From: Selaginella moellendorffii
Lineage: Eukaryota > Plantae > Lycopodiophyta
Direction: 5' to 3'
NCBI RefSeq assembly: GCF_000143415.4
Contig: NW_003314311.1
Span: 1,409,133 to 1,473,132, forward strand
Length of the DNA stretch: 64,000 bases
Made by a program: the position numbers and the translations under genes. The notes under the pieces were generated by a model that saw only the letters and a list, made by a program, of their open reading frames with translations, did not search any database and was not told the DNA's origin. Positions 10,286 through 21,896 of this stretch are shown here, one piece after another; position 1 is the first letter of the stretch; every line of letters begins with the position of its first letter.

Positions 10286-12714
10286 ATCTGGCAATCATTG
10301 ATGATGATTGACTATCATCTGAGATAGTTCATTATCCTTATCAAAAGTTTGCTTGATTATTGTCGATCTAGAATGATTTTTCATTCTTCAGGATGGTGGA
10401 TCCTTTCTTCGATAATGATTATGCATCTCTTTATTGATGGAATGATTAATGGTCTTTTGTGATAGTTAGTCATTCGCTTTGATGGCTTATGGCTTTTCGC
10501 AATACCACATGTTTTTGTGGTTTGCTTTGGATTGGTCTCTTGAGTTTGAGACATCAGGAGGATGTTGTTGACGATTATTTAAGCAACTTTGGTTCCTTAG
10601 TATTATTAATTAGGATTTATTCAGATTGACTAATACGATACTTAGCATGAAAAAGTGTTTGTTGGTCTTATCACATTCATTCTGCTTTGTTGATTATTGC
10701 TCGAGTTACATTTGATAAATTTGTTTGTTATTTCCTTTGGGTTATACATTTGCAAGTATTGTGCTTGCTAGTCAATGATACTTTATATTCTTTGAGCTAT
10801 CTTTTGTAAGTTGTTTAGCATTTTATTTGCAATCTTTGATAGTTCAATTTTATCATTGAGTTTTCTTGATGATAGATTGGCTATCAAATTTGTATGGTAA
10901 ATCTTATATTTTCCAATCATAATAATCTTGGTGGTTTCTGTATTATACTACTGGTTTATCGGATGATAACTTACTTGGAATACTTTTGTGTTCTAATCTA
11001 AGATTTAATCACTGTTAATTAAGTCTCTAAGATATCATTGTTTATGACTTTGATATGGTCTGTCTATTGATCTTTGAGTTTGGGCCAGTATAGGTAGACT
11101 GGCTTCAACACTTTGTGTGCATGGTGAAATCTTTAGTCATGGGGTAGCTACTGTCGACTGGTCACATCACCCACCTCTTTGTCAATGTTCCTTTTTCCGT
11201 TAAAAAGGCATGACCGAGTAAACACCTCTAACTGCTTGTTTACAGTAGTCTATCTAAACCTTACAGATGGGTTTGGTTTCTTTGTTCATGACGGTTGGGG
11301 CTTTTGGCTTCTCTCTCTGTGTCCCTGCGGGCAGGGGTGTATCACACTTTTGTAACCTGGGTGACAACTAGAGCAGCAAGGGTGGTTAACTTTGTTGGTC
11401 ATTTCCTTGTCAACAATGGCTAGAAGGTGTCTTAGTTGGTAACGCATCCGCATTAGACAAAAAGGTTATCCTAACTCATTTAAGTTGGTACATTTCTCAC
11501 ATAGTGTGAATATCATAAACTTTTTCTAGAGTTGTTTCCTTGGTGGTATTCCAGACTAGAGTACACATCAACGAGGACCTCAATCTTCCCTAAAGGGGGG
11601 AGAGGGTCGCAAATGTGACTTTGGGTATCGAAAGTTACCTGTCGGCCAGTCCTTACGGACACTCTTTCCTTACTACCACAACGGCAGGAGGTTGGTATTG
11701 CTGGACTCGTTATCAGTCTCCGCCTAAGCTAGTTGAGAAATTGGTTTTCATATGTGCACTTGATCAAATGAGCATAAGGACGGAATTCCTAAGTGCTATT
11801 AGTCAAGCATACTTGACTTGGTTAGAGAAATTCATTTGTTAACTTGCACTTGCTTATGTTGAGAACCCTTGTGATATTGAGCTTAGTCCCTCAATATTAA
11901 CTAAATGATAGCTTACCGTGTCTGCCATTATGCCCTTTGTGTTAGTCTTATTTCGGTCCTAAATGCTATTTATGGAAAGTGTTTAGATTTGCTCATTTGG
12001 CATATCTACGAAATGTAGAGATTGGATGGTGTTCATCCTATGTTGAAATTCATATTCTAGCACCATTCCATATTTAGTAAATTTCGAGCTTGTCCCAGAG
12101 ACTAACTCCTAATACTAAGGGAGGCTTGGGGTGAAAGCCTAAAGCGTGTGTCCCGGGGGGTTATGGGGGGTTCCAAATGTATAGTAGTGTATAGTAGGGA
12201 TAGTGGGTAGGTCAAGCATGGCCGACCAACCTGTGGCATAATTTAGCTCTCGCTTGCGTGCCTGTCCTTATTTTGTGTCTGGCTTGGGTCTAAGCCCAAG
12301 CTCCACACCATGCTAACTGGTGGAGTACCTATGTCCTCGCGTTAAACCACTAGTATGCTAAAATAGCGCCAAACTTTATAATTTGGCTTCATTTTGCGTG
12401 CTGGTCCTGGCATTGGGATGCTGGATACTCTAGGACTGTTCCAAGTCGCTCCGTGCCCCTGTCCCTTCGCTCTTTGGGCTATACGCTTGGGAGTTGCTCC
12501 ATGGTCCAATTCCATCACTCCTTAGCTCCATACTTAAGAGTTTGGCTCCGTACCTTCGTTTAATGGCCCAAGGCCTTGAAACTTGAGTTCCACACCATTA
12601 TCTTTGGACACATCGCATTTCTCACATTGCATAAAGAGGGTTTAAGTTCTACTTCATAGTGTTCTCCTATGGTAAATCACCATAGGATAAAGGGTTAAAA
12701 CCACATACACTACA
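10286..12714 (+). mobile_element. 5'-truncated LTR retroelement, family A (internal fragment, PPT, 3' LTR ~11605-12714)
   Basis: Homologous to 33964-36431. PPT aaaggggggagag precedes the LTR start, and the LTR ends ...tacactaca. Confidence 0.85.
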
Positions 12715-13067
12715 AAAGGCTATGTGTATATAGTGGGTGATGATATAACCATTAGTCAGTCCAAGACTAAAGTGAATATGAATGGATAAATAAGGTGACT
12801 TGGTGAAATGTTCAAGAGTGAACTTTAACTCCTCCAAGAGATTAAGTTGTTAATGTTCCCAATCCAAGTGTGGCAATAACTACTTGGATACTTTGTGTAG
12901 CTTATCGGAATCTCACTCTTGCTATAAAATCTCAAGCCATGGAAAGGAAGAGTAGTGGTCCTTTTACTTAATGACTAAAGGTATGGTTACATGGTGAGGA
13001 AATCTCAAAAGTTAGTGGGATTTAGTGGTCAAATTTTCAAGCTCTAGCTTACTGGCCATATTATTGA

Positions 13068-14202
13068 TGTCGCGAATGTGACTTTGGGTATTGAAAGTTA
13101 CCTGTCGGCTAGTCCTTTCGGATATTCTTTCCTTACTACCATGACGGCAGGAGGTCGGTATTACTGGACCCATTATCAGTTCCCACTTGAGCTAGTTGAG
13201 AAACTAGTTAATGACCATGCACTTAAATCAGATAAACATAAGGTAGGAACTTCTATGTGTTTCTTGCTAAGCATACTCGGCCTAGTTTGAGAAACTCCTG
13301 TCATTGGCTTGCACTTGCTAGTATCAAGAACCCCTGCGATATTGAGATTGGTCTCTCAGATGATAGCTTACCGTGTCTGCCAAACACCCTCACTATCATG
13401 CCCTTTGTGTTGGTCTCATTTTAGTCCTAAATGCTATTTATGGAAAGTGTCTAGATTTACTCATTTGGCATATCTACAGAATGTAGAGATTGTCCTGAAC
13501 ACAATGGTGTTCGTCCCGTGTCCAAATTCACAATCTAGGGACATTCTATATTTAATAAGTTTCGAGCTTGTCCCAGAGACTAACTCCTGATACTAAGGGA
13601 GGCTTGGGGTAAAAGCCCAAAGCGTGTGTTCCTCAAGGGGGGGGGCCTGTGGGGGGTTCCAAATGTATAGTAAGGATAGTGGGTAGGTCGGGCATGGCCG
13701 ACCAACCTGAGGCATAGTCTAATTCCCGCTTGCGTGCCTGTCCTTGTTCTGCGTCCGGCTTGGGTCTAAGCCCAAGTTCCATTCCATGATAGCTGGTGGA
13801 GTACCCATGTCCTTGCGTTAGGCCACCGGTATGCCAAAATAGCCACAGACTCTGTTTGGCTCTGTTTTGCAGGCTGGTTCTGGCATTGGGATGTTAATTG
13901 CTCCAGGACTATTCCAAGTCGCTCCGAGCTCCTATCCCTTCACTCCTTGGGCTGCATGCTCGGGAGTTACTCCGTGGTCCGGTTCCGTCACTCCTTGGCT
14001 CCATGCTTGGGAGTTTGGCATTGTTCCTTCGTTCAGTGGCCCAAGGCCTTGAACCTCGAGTTCCGCACCACTGTCCTTTGGACACGTGGTATATGACACG
14101 TGGCATATGTCACGTGGCATAAAGAGGGTTTAGGTTCTGCTTCATGGTGTTATCCTATGGTAAATCACCATAGGATAAAGGGTATAAACCACGTGCGTTA
14201 CA
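13068..14202 (+). mobile_element. Solo LTR, family A, 1135 bp, TSD ATTGA
   Basis: Termini TGTCGCG...CGTTACA; ATTGA at 13063-13067 and 14203-14207. Confidence 0.95.
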
Positions 14203-15754
14203 ATTGAGCACTATCATGGATAAAAATAGACTTAATAGGGACCGAAAAATGGATATTTGGGAATGGTGTTCCCCATGTTTTAATGCATTCTAAGGATGCT
14301 AAAGTGTGGTTAAAAGATGACCATTTGTGGATAGATGGCACGATCTTGGAGAAACAAATTCCTTACCACCTACCCCAAAGGCCATTTTAAGCCTTAAAGG
14401 TAAGATGACTTTTGATTTGTTAATTAGTTATCACTTAACAATTCCTTCCCTCCAACCCCAATCCCAACCCCAACAACAAAGTCATTGTGCCTAAGGACAA
14501 GTTATATAAATGATCAACCTTTCTAGAGAACTATATTTAAGCTCTTGATGCATCATCTATAGTTGTATATATCAAGGAATCACTAGGTTCTTCACTCTAA
14601 ACTAGTGTATATTTTAACTATCTAATATAAAACAAGTTGAGTTTTCACTTCAATTGGCTATTGCATCCAATAAGCCCATCTTATCAATGCACTATAACAC
14701 TTAATATGGAGTAATATATCTATAAAAAAATTTATCACTTTTACCACTCTACAAAAGCATTAAAGTGTTCTACTACTCACTTGATGGAAAGATTGTTCAC
14801 ACAAAGATGAGATCTTCTACTTTTTATTTCCAAAATTGATAATGCTCATTGACAAACTTCTTTGCTTTGTCTTAAGCCAGCAAATTCAGTGTATTTACCA
14901 TTAGAATATTATTAAGTTCTATACTTGATCACTTATTTCTAATCAAACTTGTGTTGAACATCCTTCCTTAAATGAAATCAGGGTTATTATTGTTTATCCA
15001 ATCCAGTGGTTCTTAATTTTTAAGAATATTTACTTTAACTTTAAGGACTGAGCTTGATTTCATATGTTGGCTATTGTTATGGATGAATTGCATCAATAGA
15101 AGATACAACTAACTTTTGAGATCCTTAGTGTGATGTCTGTCATTGTCATAACTATAGCCTAAATCCATGAACAAAATAAAAGAGACAGATGGAGAGGGAA
15201 ATTTTCCTAACACTAAGAACTTTTATGACATAAATGTGGCTCTACAAACCAAATTTAATTATAATTCTAAATATATGATATTAATATTTTATGACATAAA
15301 TGTGGCTCTATAAACCGAATATTAATTTATAATACTAAATATATAATACAATATATCAATATACAATACAAACAAATTTCGGTTAGCAAACCAAAGAAAA
15401 CAGCACAATGCAGAAAAATAATTTATTATCATTAACTCTGATATGTAAGGACTACTTTTATTTGCATAAAGACATGCCTTTCTTTTAAAATTCATATTTA
15501 AATTAATATTCTCAAATTAGATTCTTGAAATAAATATTTAATAAATTTATAAGCTTTCAAATGAATAATATTAATCAAATTTTAAATAAATTAACTACTT
15601 TGTTATTAACCAAAATTAATAATAATATATAGCATAAATTTAATTATTTAAGTAAATAAAACAAAATTATGAAAAAGTAAGTATAAACCATAAATATAAA
15701 TATTTAGAGTTTAATCTTTATTTTAGCACTAAAACATTCACACAATTTTTCCTC

Positions 15755-16675
15755 ATGAAATATATATATATTATTATAGTTCTTTACTCGTATTTTTATG
15801 TAGCTTATACTCAGAAGGAGTTTCATTATGAAAATTATGGAAATAATGGAGCAATGCCAAAGCAAATAAATATGAATATGATAATTAGTTCCATGTTTAT
15901 ATTCATAACTAATTCATTACCTTCAGGTGGAACTACACCAGAGAATTCTATATTTCATACATTCATTATTGGAGACATTTTAGAAGATACAACATTAATA
16001 ATAGATATATTATTTGTTATTATATCTGCTAGTATAAATTGTCCATTAGACGATAATGGTATTCGTCAGATTAATAATGATAATACTAGGGATGTTTTGT
16101 TAAGAGTTGCTGAACAAACTTATCGTTCTATCCAAAATGCAAGAGCATCATATTTTATGAGTATTATTGTTCAACATGATATTGGTATTTTTTTAATATT
16201 ATATCAAATCCGTGGATATACTCTTAGAATAACTCCTCATTATAATATTAATACATTTTCAATTCCATATAAATTTTGTAATTTCTTAAAAAATAGATTA
16301 TTTAGTGGATATAAAGGTTTGTTTATTGCCACACTTAATGCTGGTGAATTTTTAATACATCTTTATAAAGCATATGTGTTTTTAGTACAACATGATTGTA
16401 ACAGTGTTTTATATTACAAAAATATAGTTTTATGGAATACTGAAACATATGGAGAAGGTTTTGATTGTAAATTCAGATTGCAAGAAGATGGAAATTTTGT
16501 TTTATATTCAGCATTTGATTTGAAACCATTATATGCAACTGGAACTTATTGTAAGAAATTTAATTGTGTAAGCCCATCAATGCTTATTCTACAATTAGAT
16601 TGTAATTTAATTTTATATGATGATGATAAACCTTCTATTCAAATGTGGTCAAGTAAAACAATATGTTATAAATAA
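15755..16675 (+). CDS. Secreted protein with C-terminal bulb-type (GNA-like, mannose-binding) lectin domain, 306 aa, copy 1
   Basis: Hydrophobic N-terminal signal-like segment. Three QxDxNxVxY-type sites (QHDCNSVLY, QEDGNFVLY, QLDCNLILY) with LWNT/WSS motifs. Intronless and very AT-rich. Confidence 0.85.
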   Translation: MKYIYIIIVLYSYFYVAYTQKEFHYENYGNNGAMPKQINMNMIISSMFIFITNSLPSGGTTPENSIFHTFIIGDILEDTTLIIDILFVIISASINCPLDDNGIRQINNDNTRDVLLRVAEQTYRSIQNARASYFMSIIVQHDIGIFLILYQIRGYTLRITPHYNINTFSIPYKFCNFLKNRLFSGYKGLFIATLNAGEFLIHLYKAYVFLVQHDCNSVLYYKNIVLWNTETYGEGFDCKFRLQEDGNFVLYSAFDLKPLYATGTYCKKFNCVSPSMLILQLDCNLILYDDDKPSIQMWSSKTICYK

Positions 16676-16899
16676 TAATTTTAAATGTAATCACAAATTT
16701 AAAAAAATTGAGACTTATTTTCCAACATATAGTGTTTTTTTTCTATTATTACTCAAAGATAATCTCATAAATATTCAGCCTTTAGTAATAATATAAAAAA
16801 TTGTATTTTAGATCTGGATTTGAACTAAAGAAGATATTGTTTACTTTATAAAAATACAATAAGGCCCATGGGCCAACAAGAAGAATCAGAGCAAATACT

Positions 16900-17620
16900 A
16901 ACATAAGACATTGTCAAGAGCACATTTTAGTAAAAGATTATATGAAAGATTTTTATGATGAGAAAGATCTCCAAGTTATTAGAACCATGAGGAATGGAAG
17001 TGTGAAATAGGCATTCTAACAACAAAGATATATTACCCTCTACCTAGAATGAAACAGTGACTACAGAAACAGCAGTCAATAGTAGTTGCAAAATCAAGTT
17101 CATGCCCAACATCATTTTCAATACACACTCCACTATCATGGCTATTCACAATTACTCTCTTAGATGCTATCTTGTCACCATTCCTCTCACATCCACAATA
17201 CCATTCCTCCATATCCACTGCCAGTCATTGAAACTTATGGAGCCAAATCAAGATATCATTGGGGTACTCTCCATGGACTATATGGCCATTATCTAGGTAT
17301 GGGCTTGCTTTTTTTCTTGCCCTTTAGCCTCTCTTTATTTTCTTTTCCATGTTCCCATGTGGTTTCCCACACTCTCTGCCCCACTTCTTTCTCTTGTTTT
17401 TCAACACTTTCCTTTGCTCTTTTCTTTGTTATCCTTCTGGAAATATCCCTGAGCTTATGTCCATTGATTGTTTGGGAAAAGATAATCTCGACTTCTAAAT
17501 AACATCTCATGGTTGCATGGTTACTCTTTGCTGGCTGCAAAGAAACCCATGGGTTCTTATACATCATGACAAAGAAAAGTCTCAATTATATCTTATGACT
17601 AGTTTGTTCAATTGCAATGA
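16900..17620 (+). mobile_element. Decayed retroelement-like fragment related to ~57400-57800 (opposite strand)
   Basis: Loose shared segments (ctccatggactatatggc / ctccactggaccatggc; ccattcc..catatc). No intact ORF. Confidence 0.3.
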
Positions 17621-18244
17621 TTGTTGATATTACTGGTGGTTGGTGATGGCTTTGATGAAGTGATGTAAAGAGATATCATGGAAAATGATGGAGTATGGAG
17701 GAAAGTGGAAAATGGAAAAAAATACATTGTGCTAGATCAATTGATTTTTGATGATTTTTGTTCTACCAGTGAAAGCAATTTATAGAATTCTGTACTTTTT
17801 TTGGCATTTCTCGACATTCCTCAAGAAGCATTTTATAATTGGTGTTATTCCCAACTAATAATTGATTAATTGTTGATGAAGTTTTTTGTTATTCTTGACT
17901 ACCATAGGACAACGAAACACTTGGAGTATCAAGGTTATTCTGTTCCTTTTCTACTCTGGAGCTCTTGGATGCAACTCCCCTGGCCGTGGACGAATTTGAC
18001 CTCGGGGAGTATTAGCTATGCCAGTAATAGCTGAGGTGAGAGTGATGTTGGTGGGCAGAATGCCGTAGACAAGCACCAACGATAATGCCGCGAATTTGCT
18101 GCGAGGCCAAGCAAGATCACGGGATTACATCCCACCGGAAGAGCGTCTTCTAATCAATCTCGGACAAGGGAGACCGGAGAATGCGGGAACTAGCGATCGT
18201 TGTCTATAGAACCCTTTAAAAAGGAGGGTTTTAGGGTTTTGGGG

Positions 18245-20311
18245 ATGGAAGACGCGATCGAGGAGCGCTACACGCGATGGAAGTCCTCCGTGCCCCTTCT
18301 CTACGACTGGTTTACTAATCACAATCTCACCTGGCCCTCTCTCAGCTGCCGGTAAGCATATGGATCACACAGTCCGGCATTCTCTCTACTAAACTTTCAC
18401 GCTGCCCATGGTTTTGGTTTTTAGCTGGGGGCCTTCGGTGGAGCAGGGATCATCTAGAAATCTTCAGCAGCTCTACTTCAGCGAGCAGGCAAGTGATTCC
18501 TTTCCTACTCTTCCTCTTGCTACTTTGAAGGCAATTTCTTTTTCTTCTTGCTCTCTCTCGGCAGACTTATGGGCAGTATCCAAACACGCTTGTAGTTGTC
18601 AACTGTGAGATCATAAAACCACGATATGCTGCTCACGAGAGCTTATCCCAGGTATGGTTCATCAAAGTTTTTCCTTCCTCTTTTATACGAGAGTGCTTCT
18701 AGTTTAACGAGGAAGCTCGATCGCCATACATCAAGCGGCTTAAAACCGTGATCCATCCTGGCGAGGTCAGGAACCAAGAACAAGAAAAACTTAATCGGTT
18801 TTGAGCTTGTTTACCACAGGTGAACCGAATACGAGACTTACCTCAACTTAGCAGCAAAGTTGTGGCCACGCACACTGATAAGCCCGAGGTTTATCAATTC
18901 AATCCTTCGTAGAGTCTCACGACTTTCATTCAGGTGTACGTGTGGAATCTCGAATCACAGCCAAATCGATCTCCAGCACCAGGAGCTTCTCCTTCAAAGC
19001 CTGATATGGTATTGCGGTTTTTTTTTCCTATGCTTTAGACAATAAGTTCGTTCTTTGGCTCTTTGTCCAGGTATTGACGGGCCATACCGCAAACGCGGAG
19101 TACGCTCTTGCATTGTGTTCGTGTGAACCGTTTGTTCTATCTGGAGGTTAATCTCGTTTTAACTCTCGACTGGTTTTTTCATTCTGTCCTTGCTGTGCTA
19201 AATGCGTTTTTTATTTTCTTGTCGTAGGACAAGATCGGAAGGTTCTGCTTTGGGACATCAACGACGCCGTATCTGGACTTAATACACCAGGAAGACCTAC
19301 TATGAACAGCGGTGGAACAGGCATGATAAGCAGCACTCACGTTTCAGCAACTGGCATCTTCAAAGGTCATTCTAAAACTGTGGAAGACGTTCAGTTTCGA
19401 CCATCAAGGTATGGGGCGATCGTCTTTGGATCTTGTTTCATGATAAAACATTGCTATGCAGTGCAAATGAGTTTTGCAGCGTCGGAGATGACCGCTGTAT
19501 CATTTTTTGGGACAAGAGACAGGGTAACAGTCCAGCACAAAAGGTACTTACAACTCTTCCTTTTTCTTCTTTCCGGCTAAACTATGCTCTTGCAGATTAC
19601 TGATGCACACGACGATGATATTCATTGCTTAGATTGGAACGCTCATCAGGAGCATTACATTTTGACAGGGTAAAAGTTCCTCGTGCATCACTCTGCTTTA
19701 ACCTGAAACTCTTTCCGTAGGTCCGCCGATACTTCTGTCAAGCTCTTCGATCTAAGAAAACTGGATTCGAATGAAAGTGGCTGTCAAGTGAAAAAGTTCA
19801 AAACACACGAAAGTGCAGTCTTGGGTGTGCAAGTAAGAGTACTTGTCTCAAGTATCTGAAAGATGCAAATGAAATTCTTTTACTTGCAGTGGTGCCCTGC
19901 AAAAGCGTCAGCTTTCGCTAGTGCTGCAGCGGACTCCACGGTGAGCATCAGTGATATCGAGATAAGTTTCAAGAGCTCAGATTCCAACGCAAACCATTCG
20001 GAAGGACTGATCTTCAAGCACATTGGACACAGGTGATCTAGAAAAGCATGCTTTTCCTTTCTTGAGGTGGAGGTTCATTCAGGGGCCAAATCGTCGACTT
20101 CCACTGGGATCCTTTGGAGCCATGGTTACTGGCGACCGTGTCCACAGACGCGAAAGGTGGCGGCACACTACAGGTACAAGAAAGTCCATGTTGTTTCACA
20201 GTCTAAGATTTTTTTTACCTGTAGCTTTGGCGACTTAGCGACTTAATCTACCGACCAGAAGACGAAGTTCTTGCAGAGCTAGAGAGCTTAACGAATAAGT
20301 CCACAATCTGA
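18245..20311 (+). CDS. MSI4: WD40 histone-binding protein, MSI4/FVE-like (about 15 exons)
   Basis: Spliced translation MEDAIEERYTRWKSSVPLLYDWFTNHNLTWPSLSCR|WG...FNEEARSP...IHPGE|VNRIRDLPQ...LTGH...GHRGQIVDFHW...LWRLSDLIYRPEDEVLAEL matches the MSI4 architecture. One GC-AG intron (donor ~18489). Confidence 0.9.
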
Positions 20312-20607
20312 TCTAACAGCGCTGGATATACTCTGGTATATTTATTCATCTCACATGTCGCTGGTTTCAATCAAGCTTGCTGCAGGCTTTTGGTAAAGTC
20401 GAGTAAATGCAAAACAAGTTTGGTACTGCGCGAATGCTGCAGCTCACACCAAACTGGCGGATAGGTTCTCGCAGAAGGGCACAAAGCCCACAAGATGTTG
20501 GCCGTGGTGGCTTTGAAGCCGCAATGTCTGTTGACGACGACGACGACGACAACTCTCCAGAAAACGCAAGGACGAAGAAGAAGCAGCACCAACAACAGCA
20601 AGAACAA

Positions 20608-21753
20608 ATGGTGAGTTCCTCAGGAAAGCTCTCAAGAAAGACAGCACGGATCCGGGTATGGTGGCTGCTCTCGATTTGGTTCTCAGCTTTAGCTCGGATA
20701 GCAGCGGCAAGAGGGTGCTCGAATGAGCTCAAGTTGAGCCTCGGCATGGCTCCAAACGCCATGCCCGAGGAAGTGGTCCACAAGGTTGACAGGATGATCC
20801 AAGTTCACGCTTTTAGAGCACTCTTGAGACCACACACTGGCACTGTCTACGACGTTCCACTTCCAATGGGGATCCAACCGGGCCTCTCCGTCCAAGCCGT
20901 GAGACTCAAGACTGGAAGCTTGCAACACCGGGGATTCATCTTCAACGAGTTCATCCTCCCTCCAAGGCTTGCGGTGACGACGAGAGTGAATTCCAGGGAA
21001 GAGGTTCCGGAGTACGTGGTTCTCGTCTACAGGTTTTTCAGCATGAGATTCTCGGCCTACTGTCCGAAGAACGGGATCTCGATCATCGGTCCCGTGGTGG
21101 GAATCCGAGCTTACAGTGGGATGGATATGGAGGAGAGCTCTTCCGGAGTGAAAGCGCCTGTAGAGGCCGAAGTGGTGGCTTTGGAAGACCCCGTGACAGT
21201 TCGCATTCCAATCTTTCCACTCTCCGACTCCAACAAGGTGAATCCGGCGATGTGCGCTCTCTTCGACGGAAACGGGAACACCACCGTCACTCCCATGACT
21301 TACGTGAACGTTTGCTCCATGTATCAACTTGGTGACGCCACGCTCGTGAACTTCTCCGCGAACAGCACCGGCGAGAGCTGGACGGATCCGATCGAAGCTC
21401 CAGCCCCCGCGCCGGGAAAGCACGCGAGGGATCATCCCAGCCACGCTGCGCCATCGCCCTCGTCATCGTCTTCGTCCATGGGAGAAAGCAAAGCTCGCCG
21501 GAGGCGTTCCTCGTCGAGAATTAAAGCTGGGATCTTGGGAACAATGGGGGCACTGACAGTGATGATCTTGGGAGCTTTCGTTGGAATGGCCGGTCTGAGA
21601 ATCCACCACGCTGCGAGGATTTTTAAAATGGAGATCCAAGCAAGCGAGAGTGAGTCGCTAGGAATGACGTTGATATCGTACAACGCACGGCCTCCCAATG
21701 CCCGTGCTAGCCGTACGAAGCCGTGTCTAGAGAAGGACTATATCTTCCGATAG
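20608..21753 (+). CDS. DUF1191-family single-pass membrane protein (start uncertain; ORF open from 20407)
   Basis: Signal-like segment, HTGTVYDVPLP...VRLKTGSL...EFILP core, a TM helix, and C-terminal RTKPCLEKDY typical of DUF1191. Confidence 0.8.
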   Translation: MVSSSGKLSRKTARIRVWWLLSIWFSALARIAAARGCSNELKLSLGMAPNAMPEEVVHKVDRMIQVHAFRALLRPHTGTVYDVPLPMGIQPGLSVQAVRLKTGSLQHRGFIFNEFILPPRLAVTTRVNSREEVPEYVVLVYRFFSMRFSAYCPKNGISIIGPVVGIRAYSGMDMEESSSGVKAPVEAEVVALEDPVTVRIPIFPLSDSNKVNPAMCALFDGNGNTTVTPMTYVNVCSMYQLGDATLVNFSANSTGESWTDPIEAPAPAPGKHARDHPSHAAPSPSSSSSSMGESKARRRRSSSRIKAGILGTMGALTVMILGAFVGMAGLRIHHAARIFKMEIQASESESLGMTLISYNARPPNARASRTKPCLEKDYIFR

Positions 21754-21896
21754 CGAGCTATGGATTTTTTCTCTGTCTCGTGTGTGTATTTTTCGAATGG
21801 AAAGAATATTACTTGGCTCTCTCAAGAACCCTAAAGTTCGAGGATTTTTCTTTGTGGTCATGAAATATTTTGGGGGATTGTTTGGCGCTTAGAGCA

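Noticed and set aside
13867-14122. Recurrent small ORFs (LGLFQVAPGSCPF..., also ~29881, ~36097, ~59893)
   Set aside because: They recur only because they lie within LTR copies; starts and stops are not conserved.
15200-16850. Contaminant or organellar origin for the AT-rich lectin block
   Set aside because: Present twice with colinear nuclear repeat flanks and encodes a signal-peptide protein; no organellar genes nearby.
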